Assembly (NCBI RefSeq): GCF_040938485.1
Contig: NW_027272455.1
Location: forward strand, 620,001-682,549
Length of the DNA: 62,549 nucleotides
Direction of reading: 5' to 3'
From: Diadema antillarum
Lineage: Eukaryota
Every line of letters starts with the position of its first letter. The stretch's first letter is position 1. The position numbers and the translations under genes are program-made. Positions 26,501 to 47,500 of the stretch are shown here, piece after piece. A model generated the notes under the pieces. It worked only from the letters and a program-made list of their open reading frames with translations, was not told where the DNA came from and did not search any database.

Positions 26501-27115
26501 ACATTGTCAAAGACACATTATCAGAGAGATAGACTAGCGCTAGTATAAAATCACATGTTTTGTTGTTTGTGTAGTACTGTCTTTCAATTGGATCTATTTA
26601 TCTAACACATTAACATTTAACTCTGATCATAAACATAATTGTAATAAAAATGTGTGGAGGATGAAGTTGGATGAACCACGCAGCACCGAAAGATGTATGC
26701 ATAACCAGTCAATCATAGAAATCAAGTTACTTTCGTCACATGTGACAACAGTGGAAGAAGGGCATGTGCACCTGTGTTATGACACTTGACAGATGGATTG
26801 TGATGATATCAATTATTCTGAACGGCTAGCCAAGAAGAAGGGACCTGTGTTGCATAGTAGCGATTCCTGGGTCTTGGTACACACCAAAGATTTCACGCAA
26901 ATGCAAGAAAGAATATGGAAAATCACCTTTTTGTAATGACAAATGTCCATGAAAGGAAAAAAGAAATAAGTCAACTCACCAGCTGTTGAAATGAAATCCA
27001 GAATCACATCTTTCCCACTTGCTCTCTCCAGTGACTGCACATAGCCTTGCTGAACATCATTTCAGATGCAATATAGATTTTTTGTAAATCTTATCCAACA
27101 GTACTCCCAAGTGTA

Positions 27116-27328
27116 CTGTAAAAGTGGATAGACCTATCGCGTGACTAATTTTTCGTGCTCGGCGGGGTTAGAAGAGTTTCGCATGTTTTTAATTTCTCGG
27201 AATCAAGACAGCAATCACTGGAACACGTGGTAAAGCAAAAATATTTGTGTGCTTTTATTTTTGCGCTAGTTTCTGGTTGTGCAAAATGCGCGAAAATTTC
27301 AACACTGCAAATATTTCCACTTTTACAG
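27116..27328 (-). mobile_element. TA-flanked MITE family A (CTGTAAAAGTGG TIR), copy 1
   Basis: TA-CTGTAAAAGTGGA ... TCCACTTTTACAG-TA; reverse orientation relative to the other copies. Confidence 0.85.
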
Positions 27329-28722
27329 TATGCAATAGTGTATTCATGTGTAGACTTTCTAGTTGCTTATGAAGTAGGATTTCTGCCATCTATTTGCTGC
27401 GTACAAACAATTTTTTTTTGTAACCAAAAAGTTGTTTACAGTAAATGTGTCCAAAAGTTTTATGATGATAGTCTCTAATACCACAGATGCATCCATATCG
27501 TTCGTGCCAAAAAGTTGATCGACATCCAATCCACGTTCCGTGGAAGTTTGTCAATTGAAATTGCGGTGTCAGTTCAGAACAACAGTGCACTATGTAAGCA
27601 ACTGGTGGTGCTAGAAATCTCAGCTGTGCAAAGCAAACCAGATATTTACATTTTACAACGCGGCAAGTACATGATGTTTTGCAATTGTCCGTGATACAAC
27701 CATGATAGGATGCATACATATACTGCAGGATGTGAATTTGTTAGGAGTAGTGCAGTGTAGATGACTTTGATTGCAATGCTGTAAACTTACATGTACCCCT
27801 CGTCAAAATTCTGAAATGGTGTGGATGAATATGTTGAAGTCACTGGATGAGTCAGCTTATGGAGCATGCAATCATAATTTTTTAATTTGTTCCAAACATC
27901 AGTCCCCCTTTCAGTGTATGTATGTACATTAGTGCATGTCATGAAAACAAAATGCTGTCAAAAAAAAAAAAATCCAGCTGAATACTCTGATTTCTGCATG
28001 CCATTAGAATAAGAAGTGCTCACTGAATTCATAACAAATGCATTGACCCCCCCCCCCCCCAATAAAAAGGGTGACGGATGTATGTAACAGTCACATCAAA
28101 GAGCAATGTGCTTGTACAGTGTACATTCCAGGGAATCATTTTTCAACTCGAATTTGATTGGCAATTTCAGCTGATGAACAATATTTCAAATGGTATCCCA
28201 TACACTTCTATGGAAAAAAAACTGCTACACAAAAGTTAGTTTGTGTAGCAGTGGTGTAGAAATGCATAGAAAATTGTGATGCGATACCAGGAAAATTATT
28301 TCCTGCATTCATTGTAGGTACATTGGTATAGCCATATAAATTTATACAGCCATACAAATTTGTACTGTAACCTGAGGGTGATTACGCCAATGTAGGAAAA
28401 CAGTGGGGGTGAAGAGGGAGATGATATGTAGCAAGAACGACAGGATACATTGTACCAATGGGACTGTACCTAACCATTTGTAATTACAAAGTAGTGTACA
28501 TAATAAAACACAAAATCTGTGAGACACTGTTATATTGAAAATCTCATGACAGAGCAATGTGTATAAGTGTGACAAAATATACAGTAGCAACATGAATGAT
28601 AGAGTACAGTAGAGGAGATGATTGAACATTTTGGCCATTTTCGTGTCCATGATTAGCATCTGTGGTGCCTAATCAGTGTTTCAAAAGGGTCATCATTCTA
28701 TCATGACTGATGCTTCCATGTA

Positions 28723-29881
28723 CTGTATATGCCATATATTTCGTGAGTCTAAATTTTCGCGAATCGGGAATTACCGACAATTTCGCAAGTGGTTAAATTC
28801 GTGATCGTGGAGTCCTGTACTGAACAGAGAAGTGTACAGTTAAACTCGCATAAGTCGATCTTCTCGGGACTGAGCAAAACACATCGACTTAGGCGATTTT
28901 CGACTTGTGCGTAAGTCGAAAAAAATCGACTTAACAACAGTTACACCACACGTACATTATGTATAAATGTACATGTATGTTGTCTACTCTGGAGCCGAGA
29001 GCTGGAGAGGTGTGCCGCAGCACGGGTCGCCCGGCAGGGCCGCGGCGAACTTTGCATGGACAGTGCATTAGTATTGGCACAGGTCCGATTACTTTACACC
29101 CTTGTTAAACCTTGAGGAAGTGAATATGAAGGATGTTTGAGCAGTGATTGATTCCAGTTTACCATACCGTGGCTTGAAATGCGTGTAGAGGTGTAATTCT
29201 GATTTACCCGTGCCCGTAACTTTCCGCTTTGAAAACTCAGCAGCTTCATCCATCCACTGCACAGCGCAGACTGCAAACATACAGTACACAGACTATACAC
29301 AGCCCAGTCGCTGTACGCGCAACTATACACAGCCCAGTAGCTGTACGTACATAGCGCTAGCGCGACAGGGTAGTACCAGCGGACCTCCAAACACGAAGAG
29401 AGTTCAACAATCGCATGCGATCGCTTTGAATTTTGATACTTTAGATCATTTTTTGTCACCTGTCTGGTCAGGCTAGTTCTTATGTAAACAAAAACTGGCG
29501 TCTCGTGATTTTGACAGTGATTTATTGCACAATAAAATCTTATTCGACTTAGGCACAGTGAATTTAATGTTTTTCCGTGAAAGTGTTCTTGGAATTTCAT
29601 CGACTTAGGCGAGTATTCGACTTACAAAATTCGACTTGTGAGTGAATTAATACACGTAAGTCAATGGGGAAAAAACAGGACTTTTTAAAATCATCGACTT
29701 GCGCGATTATTCGACATACAGTGTATGCGATGTCGACTTAGGCGAGTTTAACTGTATATGCGTACTTCACATTCACATCGGGATCAGAGTCAATATTTTC
29801 GCGTGTGTTTAATTTCGCGAATAGCACCTGACTCGCGAAATTCACAAAAAATAAAAACCATGAAATATTCGGCGTATACAG
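28723..29881. mobile_element. TA-flanked MITE (CTGTATA.GCC TIR, ~240 bp) interrupted by a nested pogo-like element
   Basis: TA-CTGTATATGCCATATATTTC ... GAAATATTCGGCGTATACAG-TA; halves 28723-28836 and 29757-29881. Confidence 0.8.
28837..29754. mobile_element. Non-autonomous pogo/Tigger-like element, 918 bp
   Basis: TA target duplication; TIRs CAGTTAAACTCGCATAAGTCGA / TCGACTTAGGCGAGTTTAACTG (21/22 match); many subterminal TCGACTT repeats; no recognisable transposase. Confidence 0.85.
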
Positions 29882-32244
29882 TATATTCTCATTTTTACAT
29901 GAAAGTTTTCAATTCGTAACTTTTCAAGATGTGTCCAGAAAGATATGTTGTGAGATATTGCACCAATCCAGATTTGGGGGTCATACACGTATACAATTTG
30001 TAGGAATGTTTTTCATGCAGTGCATTTTAATTAAATGTGATTTATCAGTGACAGTGTGTGGACTTCAAAATTATATGTAACAATCACTTGATGAAGAAGG
30101 CTGTTTTGCTGTCATGAACAACGCTAATAATGCACTCATTGATAGTAGTGTACTTTTCAATATTTAAATCACAGCTGAGGACAACATGTGCTGTTTATAT
30201 TCAGCATATTTTGTCGTATTTCTATCTTTAGCAAAAATGCAGAATATTGCCTCAAGTAACGCAGATGTCACTTCTTAACCCAAGATAGGAAATCACTCTC
30301 TTTTCTTCTGAAAAATTAGAATACTTACAGTATTTTTTTCTTTCCATCACTTTTGTTCCTTATCAGGAATTCATCCATTCACAAAATAATATTTGAAGTC
30401 AAAGTATTATACAGTATACATGTTCTCCAAAATATATGGGGTATACATTAGAATAAACCTATTTATATTGATCATAAAGATCATAGCGATTTAAAGTAGT
30501 GGTCAACCATTCAAAGATGCAGAAACGGAACAAAAATCAATAAGATAAAATGTCAGGTGCTTGAACGTACGTGTACTGTACATGTATCTACAACTACAGT
30601 ATATTGTAAAGGTGAAATTCAGATCATCTATCGTATTTGCTGAGAATAATGTAGCTACATGTAGTATAAGAATATTGATTTGGTCCAGTTTTTCTTATTT
30701 ACACCATGGGTGTGCATATGTGCATTTGCACTGCTGTACGTGAAATCGTACTGTATCGAAGTACAGTGTACCAAATGTACTATCCAAGTCACTTCACAGA
30801 TGTCAGCTTTACAAGTGTAGTTTTTGGGTTGTATCAACCAACCATTTATTTCCTGCTTGAGATATGCAGGCGTGTCATGCTGTGTTCTGTACTTGTGACT
30901 AGGAAACAAAAATATTCCTTTATAAATTTGAAGTCTTTGACAGAAACATTGAAAGTTAAAGGTCATGAGTGCCAATTTACTTCACAGCATTTTTGTACAT
31001 TGTTAATGTACAGTGCATGCAGATGTTATTCCTCTGTTTTGTTTGAGGTGAAATAAGTGTAAACCAGTCACCCTGGTATTGGGGGAAGAGAACTTTGGCT
31101 GAATTGAATCGATCGTCATAGCGCAGACCCGTACTAGAAAAGAATTGTCTGTCAGCGAATACATTGTACATGTATGTGCATCAAAGCATACATGTACACT
31201 CACTGGTAATTTTAATCTCCCATCCAGATTCTTCAGCTGTGTGTGTACTGTAAAAGATGTATTTTTGCAAATGAGGAGGTCAGAGACATTTCCGCCAGAG
31301 TTTATTTCATTTCAGCAACTTTCCAACACTTGCAATGTATGTAAAGAAGTCCCAGTGCAGTGCAACACCAATACTTGATCAAACCAAGTTTGTTATTCAA
31401 GTGTGTTTAAATGTAAGCGAGCAAATCAGTATGTGCTGTTTATTTAAATGATTATGTTTTATCAAGCCTTTGACTTACAAGTGACTTTCTACATCATTTC
31501 CTTATATTTTTGGACTTTCTTTTCGGGCAAGTGTTCCGCAATAATTTGTAAATCTGCTTGCCCTTACTTGTCCGACCGGGTAATGCAAATATAGTGCGAT
31601 CTAGATAAGGTGGCAATACTGTCTCATGTTGTAAAATCCGCGGCCTAACTGTGATTTGCGAACGTCATAAAAATTTTTCAATCATCATGAAAATAACAGC
31701 TTTCACAGTGTATAGTCAAGTTCTGTAGAGATCAGTGATAAAGCCGTACATAATTCATTACGAGGATTCTCAAATACTGTATATTGTACTGTGTGTCAGG
31801 CCACGACTGCGTGGTGTAACTACACTTGTACAGAAACAAAGTCTCAGTGGTACACACGTAATACAATGTAGACTGATGTTACACTTGTATGCTGGCAAAC
31901 TGTGTGAAGCTGGAAAAGTTGAACTACAGTACAGCTGTACATGTGTACTTGTAATTGTTGTCATGGAAAGGTTTTGTAGGGATTGTCATCTTCAGCTTCA
32001 TGCTTGCTACAGAGTTTGCATAGAGTACTCATACACTAAACATGTACTAAGTACTGTAGTTTGATTGAAACCAATACTTTCAGTGATACAATACTGCACA
32101 TATATGTAAACAGTATACAATGTACACATACAAGATACATTGTACATGTACACTTTGTAGGCCTACATGTAGACATTGTGATTCAATGCGCAATGTTTAC
32201 TCATCAGATATTTGTAGTTCCTAACATTTTTCTGTAGGCACTGG

Positions 32245-32893
32245 CAGGGCTCGACACTAACGGTGGCCCAGTGGCCCGGGGCCACCAAAAAATGAAGTCG
32301 GGCCACCAAAACTTTTTTTTAAGGGCAAATTTGGTGGCCCGCCTCGGGCCACCAAAATTTTTTGAAAAGTATGTCAATAAATTCGTAACTTTTTGCGCCG
32401 GAAATGCATGAATGCATGCAGTGAGTGTGTGCAAACGTAGTAACTTTGTCTATTGTGTTTTGAAAAATAGAAATATGTTCTTCTAGCTTCTCAATTCTTT
32501 GCATATAATCTGATGTCATTCATTTATGTTTAGATGTTGCAACCCATGTGCCTGTCAATGAATATTTATACTTACAATGTACAGTGTAGTCTTCACCATT
32601 CAGCAGTTAAATTTGTTTAAAGGATGGATGAAAAGGACTGAATGAGTTCCTGAGAGTGAGTGTTTCAAGTTTGTTGATGTTTATTTATGAGTAGATACAG
32701 TCCAGCTTCCAATTCTTACTATGATAAAACTTAAATATTTGGCTCATTAAAAAAAAAAATAGGACATTTAATTTTGTTGAACATTGTTGTTTTTTCAAGC
32801 CACCAAATTTTTCTCTCGGGTCACCAAAAATCTTAAATTGATGATTTTAGTGGCCCCATCAGGCCACAAAAAAAAAGTTAGTGTGGAGCCGTG
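32245..32893. mobile_element. hAT-like non-autonomous element with GGCCACC subterminal repeats
   Basis: Ends CAGGGCTCGACACTAAC / GTTAGTGTGGAGCCGTG; repeated GGCCACCAAAA and GGTGGCCC at both ends; no clear target duplication. Confidence 0.6.
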
Positions 32894-34281
32894 ATGTAGG
32901 CCTAATATCATCATACAAATTACAGCAATGGTGACTTCAGAGTCCCAATGGTGCCTCAATAGACAGTCCCTTATGGCAAATTAGGACAGACATTAATTAT
33001 CATATGACATACGTGATGGTGATGTGTAAAAATAGCTCCAGGAAGTCGGATCTGCTGATTTAGCGGATCAAAGGCATGTCCTCTAGCAATGTTGCCCTGT
33101 GTATTAAGGCTGTGCATGGGGTCAGCAAGACCTTTGTTGGTTCTGTTTTTAATCATCTGTGAAGTGATATACAGTGTGACCCATTACAGTACAGCTGTAG
33201 TTTCCAAGCGTACCCTTTAAATATTTGATGGGTCAAGTATGAGTGTGCTCATTGTAATAGTATACAATATCTTATTAACAAAATACAAACATTCTGTGTA
33301 GTATCAAATACAAGAGAAATTAATACCACAAAAATATATACAATGTATCCTGGAAGATACAGTATAAAGAGTGTATAGTAGGTGTAATACTTTGCATTTT
33401 TTTTTTTTTTTTTGGTAGCCCGACTGAAAAATGTTTCTTTCACCCTTCTGTCACAAAGGAATGGCCTCAGCGGCCTTCACTTTCTCGAAGTGTGGTTAAA
33501 ATTTACTTTTCCATGGCCACTGGACCATGACTGATCATGCACCCAGTGCGTGATCAACTATTGACCTATCTGCCTTCCAAGGTGACCTGGTTGGGTGACG
33601 TCAATGTCTTTAAAGTAGCTTTCTGCACTTGCTCACTTCTCATCATCAGCCTGGGGCTCAACTCACTCTGGCTCCGACACATCACATTAATGAGCATGCA
33701 CTAGAGCGTTGGCTGCACTCATGCAAACACACACATGCACATTGTATTACACTTGCATTAGTCACAGTAGTTTAAGTAATGCACATTTACATTGTGTGTG
33801 CTATGCTCTCCACAAGTTCATGAACAGATGGATGTGTAGAGGCAGGGTTGTACTCCCGGAGGATTACTTGTAGTGCTTGTGATAAATATTTCAGGGAGAG
33901 TGTCATTACAAACGAATCTGCATACAGTCACTTTGGTTTTGTCCTCCCATGTGGCTGCAAGTCATATCATGCACTTCAAAAATAGTGTGATCATATTTCT
34001 CTGGATCATCAAATGTGTGAAATTTGTCGTCAAACAAGTCTATACAAGTTCCTTGATGAGTTTTCTTTGCAATACTTTTTTTCCTTTGTCGATTCGGGGT
34101 AATGGTCAATGCATTTTTACACACTATGTTTCACAGGAAATATACACTTGTACCATACAATGTCCAATGGTAATGCATAAATGACGTAATAAAAATCCTT
34201 AAAAAGATAGTGAAAGCAAAGCAGTGTGAATTTCAGGAACACTCAAGATTTTATATAGGTGTACTGGTAATCATAAGGGTG

Positions 34282-34477
34282 CTGTAAAAGTGGGAATTTT
34301 CACGCATTTTGCGCAACCAGGAGCTAGAGTGAAAATAAAAGCACACGAATATTTATTGCAAGCCATATGTTTCTGTAGTTGATGTCCTAAAATTAAAGAA
34401 GAATTAAAAACAGCCGAAACTCATCTTCCCCGGCTGAGCGCGAAAAATTACTCACACGAAAATATCCACTTTTACAG
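34282..34477 (+). mobile_element. MITE family A, copy 2 (CpG-decayed)
   Basis: CTGTAAAAGTGGGAATTTTC ... GAAAATATCCACTTTTACAG-TA; colinear with 39001 and 50171. Confidence 0.85.
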
Positions 34478-35210
34478 TAATCATGAGATAATACTTTGAT
34501 TGTGTACTTATTGTGCCCATACATAAACTATACATGTACTGTAGGGTAGGATGCCTCAGTTTGTGCTGTGAAAATACAAATAGCACTCTGATATAAATGT
34601 GAGCTTAAATTTGCCTGATATTTTGACACTTTGCTGCATGTACTGAATATAAATTGTACACTGTACATGTAGCACTACGTCAGTATACATGTAAAGCAGT
34701 GGTTGTCTTCTGTGGCATAGGCAACAGAATATTAGTACTGAAAAAAGTACATTTAATAGTACAAGTGTCAGCATGTGCGCATGTATACATCTGTTGTCAA
34801 CTTACGACACTTATACTTCCAGCTACATTTTGATGCCTGGAAGTGTTGGTGGCAACAATACGAATTTGAAAGCTTAACAAAGTGGTTTTACAATGTAGTA
34901 CAAGGATTTTGATGATAGCCAAGTGCAAAAGGAGAGAAAACGTGTCACATGCAGCTATGATTGTTGATATTTGATAGTGTCTGGTTGCATCGCAATATAC
35001 ATTTTGTATCCTTTTATTTTATTTCTTTTTCTTTTTCTTCTTCTTCAAGGAGTGTAGTCCTTTATGTGTGTGTAGGGTTTATCGGTGATTAACAGGTTTT
35101 AAATCGTCATGATTTTAAATTTCTCAGTGAGTAGGCTGCACCCACATTCTGCAGTCTCATATTTTGAGAGAAAAGCCCTTTACTGTACATGTATGTTGGA
35201 ATTTGCAATA

Positions 35211-35421
35211 CTGTACAAGCTGAAACTTTCGCGGTGGTTTTATTTTCGCGAATTTCGCAAATCGCCTTTGAACTGCAAAAATAACAACACGCGAAAATAA
35301 CAACACGCGAATAACTAAGTTCAGTTAGACCCTCGCAACCGCGAAATTAACAACACGCCAAAATGTCCGGCAAGTAGCAATTCGTGGAAATATCTGTACG
35401 CGAAACTTTCGGCTCATACAG
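35211..35421. mobile_element. TA-flanked MITE related to family A
   Basis: TA-CTGTACAAGCTGAAACTTTCGCG ... CGCGAAACTTTCGGCTCATACAG-TA; internal AACAACACGCGAA repeats. Confidence 0.75.
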
Positions 35422-36463
35422 TATTTGCTGCTCTTTTACATCTGAACTGTGCATGATACTGCACACTTTGATGGCTATCCCAATCATACTTATGAGAGAT
35501 GTACATTGTACTGTTTTCTGTCAAGTTGTGCCATTGGTCTTGTCAGGATTTTGTACAGGTGATTGAACTTGATGTTTGCTTGTTCATGTGCTAGCGTCCT
35601 ACATGTACAGTTTGTACGTGTGTACTTTTGCAGTTATTAAAGCATGAAGCAAAAACACACACAAAAAAGGACACTGCACGCTATTGTTGTTGGATATACA
35701 GGATACAAAAAAACCCCAACCAAACAAATATGTGAACAATTTTTTTGTGGTGCTAGAGTATAATGGATATTGAAAGGAGGCACTCCACACAAATGTGCGC
35801 AGTGTACACTGTATAACATCACATGCAGTACATTGTCCCATGCCTGTTACAGTAGTATACAGTATGTACAGTGTACATGTACATACATTGGTATACTGCA
35901 AGTACATGTGTACTGTACACTGCAGTTTGTCATAGTACAATGTAGTACTGAACTTCAACAGCACTAATTGATTGGCAACTGCGAGACTGCTTTGTGTATG
36001 ATGGTTGACGAGCCCATTGATTTTGACTGCTTACATTGTACAGTATAGTCACTATTACATGTTCTGTATACAGAATAGAAGGGCATTATTGTAACAATAG
36101 AATAGAATGTCTAGTAATGATTTCCAAGAGCTTTCTTGCCTGTTAACAGATGTCTAGATAATGTACAATGTAAATGTACAATGTTGTACACTGTACTCAC
36201 TGCACAGGGAACAGAAAGTACAGTTGTATGTCATTGTTTCCTTAAATGTTAGTGTGCATTTGTGTTGTTTTCCATGAAACATTCAGATTCTATTTTCACA
36301 CTTTTTGAAAACTAAGTATTACATTTCAAATTGCTCTTCCCCTAAAAATTTTCTTTTGTGCGCCTCCATGGGGCAGAGGTGTAGATGTCATCAATATTTT
36401 GCAAATGTCCTCAATTCACTGGATTTACCTGACTTTATATCATCTGCAGGCAACTACATCAGC

Positions 36464-44596
<8,133 letters not shown>

Positions 44597-47500
44597 GGGG
44601 GGCATGAGGCAGTTGGGGAACGGTAACCCAGACAGACTCTCCTCTGATCCTGCCACCCACAACTGTTGATCTCTGTCCGTGTCACATACACATATAGATC
44701 CCATGATTCAGTTGGTTAACTCGTAACAGAAAGCATCTACAACTAAACACACTCGCTAATATGCACAATAAAGGATTTTCTAAGTTTCCTTCTTTGTCAC
44801 CAGATTCAGTGAGATGACATGAAATAAGCCGTCATGGTGGGAAATCAGGAACATGATACAAAGCTGTAGGATCGGTGGTATATCACATGGAAGAACTTTC
44901 GTCGTCCTTTCGATAGATGATGATGATTTTTCGATGCAAAAACAAAGATGCATGAATTGCATTTTCTTGGAGGATTAAACTTGACTGGATCAAATTCAAT
45001 CAAAGCCGAGGCTGTGGTGTTTCTTTATCTTACTTCTCCTCTGTGAGCTGTGCGTATTTCAGATTTAAAAAAAAAAAGAAAAGAAACTTGCAAAAATCCT
45101 GTCATACCAGGGTTATTGTATCTCTGTACATGTTCAAAATGGTAACTAGTTCTGCTAATATTCCCTCAGGACTGTCTCTTTTGGGACATTGACGCCATTA
45201 AATTATCTCCCATGATGCAATGCAGTGTGCAAAATTCATGCAGGTGAACGTATCATGCATGTGTAGTTGTGTGGGAAAATGTTCTATGAAGGAGAAAAAT
45301 AAGTGTTCCCAGCCAGTAGAATCAATATCTTGCAGTAGTGATAAGAGCCCGTTGTATACTGCAGAAAGGCACATAACCATATATTGTTTAGTGCTTAATT
45401 AAGTAAAACAGCATGATGGGTTGAAGAGGAACGTTTTCCATTTATTCCAGTCGTCCAAAAGCATCCCAGAGTTTCCCTAAAGCTAGATTTATTTCCGTAT
45501 TGATGATGATGGCAAAGTTTATGCGGCTTAGAAATTGTGCAGTGAAGTTACTGATGCACACCATGCTGGCTCATACTGAGTGGCTCGATATCCACTTTTG
45601 ATGATGTGTGCAACATATAGTGTGGCTAGGCAAGCATGTCTTGTGATTTCCTGCCAGTCTTCAGTTTTCCTTTCATGCGCAGCTTCAAGAAAACTGTGCC
45701 ACCAAGACTCCGTTTTGTTGCTGTAATTGGTGTCTTTCGGTCATTCGCATCAGGCCATTTGACTGTCGACGGACACAGAATTTGAAACTGGAAGACATCT
45801 TGAATTGTGGCACAGCAAGAAATGTATTACTACGTGTGATTACATCCCCATGAATTTTGGTGTGTTTTCCAATCTCACTGTGATGTGTAGAACTAAAAGG
45901 TATTGTGTGTAAATGAATAGGACTCTTTGCCATGTTACTGGCAATATTGGGTTTGGTAAATTGCCCTCAAGAGTTCCGTGGTATTCATTAGTTTGATTTT
46001 GTTTATTTCTTCAATTGCCAAACACAACACTTGTAAAATGTGACTGATTTAGGCCCATCACATGCAAACTCCTTGATCAACAGAATGTCTTATACCAGCC
46101 TACAGCAATGAACATTCAATCGTCTTTCATGACGTGTAGATGCTGATCGGGTATTTGCAATGGCAACTGTTCGCGCAGGGTACTGATAGTCTGTCAGTGC
46201 TCTTTTGCCCTTACTAGAATAGAAGTATTGGTTCTATTTGAGGCATGATCGTGAGAATACCGTGGGTTATAAATGACATGGAAGATGATACTCTAGTTGT
46301 GATATGACAGTTTTTCTGGCGGAAAACAGCATCATAAACGTATTGGTTTTGACCTTGCTTTTGTGATGAAGTTTCATTGGATTAAAAGCCCCCCCCCCCC
46401 CCCCCCTCAAAAAAAAAAAGAAAAGAAAGAAAGAGAGAGGAAGGAAGAAGGAATAGACAATGTCTCATAGCTATCCAGAAAGTAGCATTGTGCATTAGTA
46501 AATTGTAATTGGTTATCAATTGCAATCAGTTACTTTATTTATACCATATGCTTTTTGGACAGTCTTTCTATTACTGAGTAGCAAGGATGAGTTGAATTTG
46601 TCATAGCCATGATCACCCTTCAAGCATTTTAGACATTTGAATGCAGCCTTGGTGACACTAGATTATATGCATGATAGCCATATAGGTATATTATACTAGA
46701 CCTAACATTTCCCCTTCCCTCGTCATTCACCTGAAGGTTATGCACAGATTCAATTATTTTTGGATGGAAAAAAGAAAAACCACCAAAGGGCAAGATACAG
46801 TCATGATTATATATTCCACTGGTAATGGTGATTGTCAATCCCAACTGTCTGCTTGAAATGAATGCGATTGGAGGTGTATGCTTTCATGCGTGTATGCAGC
46901 CTGGATGATGACATCTCGCTGTGTGTGATTAATCATACTGTTTCTACCAACAACTCTATACCTTGAGATTGCAAAGGAAGTCCAAGGTATTGGTCTGTAA
47001 GAGGGTTAGGCTGAGTTCCACAAGAACGGACATGAACCTCATTGTGGATGAACCACAGGGGCACAGGGAGCTATCTGATGGAATACTTTAGGGCATCATA
47101 CCAGCTTGCCTTCCAGTGGGAGGATTCAGTGTAAAGTCAGGACTTAGAAAAGAGAGCACGACACACAGGCTCACATGGCACTTCTGCATTTTGTTTGTAA
47201 TGAACTTTTCCCACTGCTGTCTCTACATCACTTCCCTTCTAACTGCTTTGCCTTACATCAATTATTCTTGGCTGATTCTCTATTGCAGTGGAATAAAACT
47301 TTCAGTAGAACCCTCATACTGTCTTTGGGTTTGATCTTTTCTTTTCTTTTTTTGTCCTCACCATTTGTATAAAATAGGAATCCTTCCTTGTCCAGTTTAC
47401 CGTGTACTCAACGTGAAATGGGGTCAGTGGTGTGACCATGAGAGCCGTGTAGCACTCCAAGATTGAATAATGACAAGTAGTACTATTTGTAGACTAGTGT

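Noticed and set aside
29094-29600. 168-aa ORF inside the pogo-like element as a possible transposase
   Set aside because: No HTH/CENP-B or DDE-like motifs recognised; the element is too short to be autonomous.
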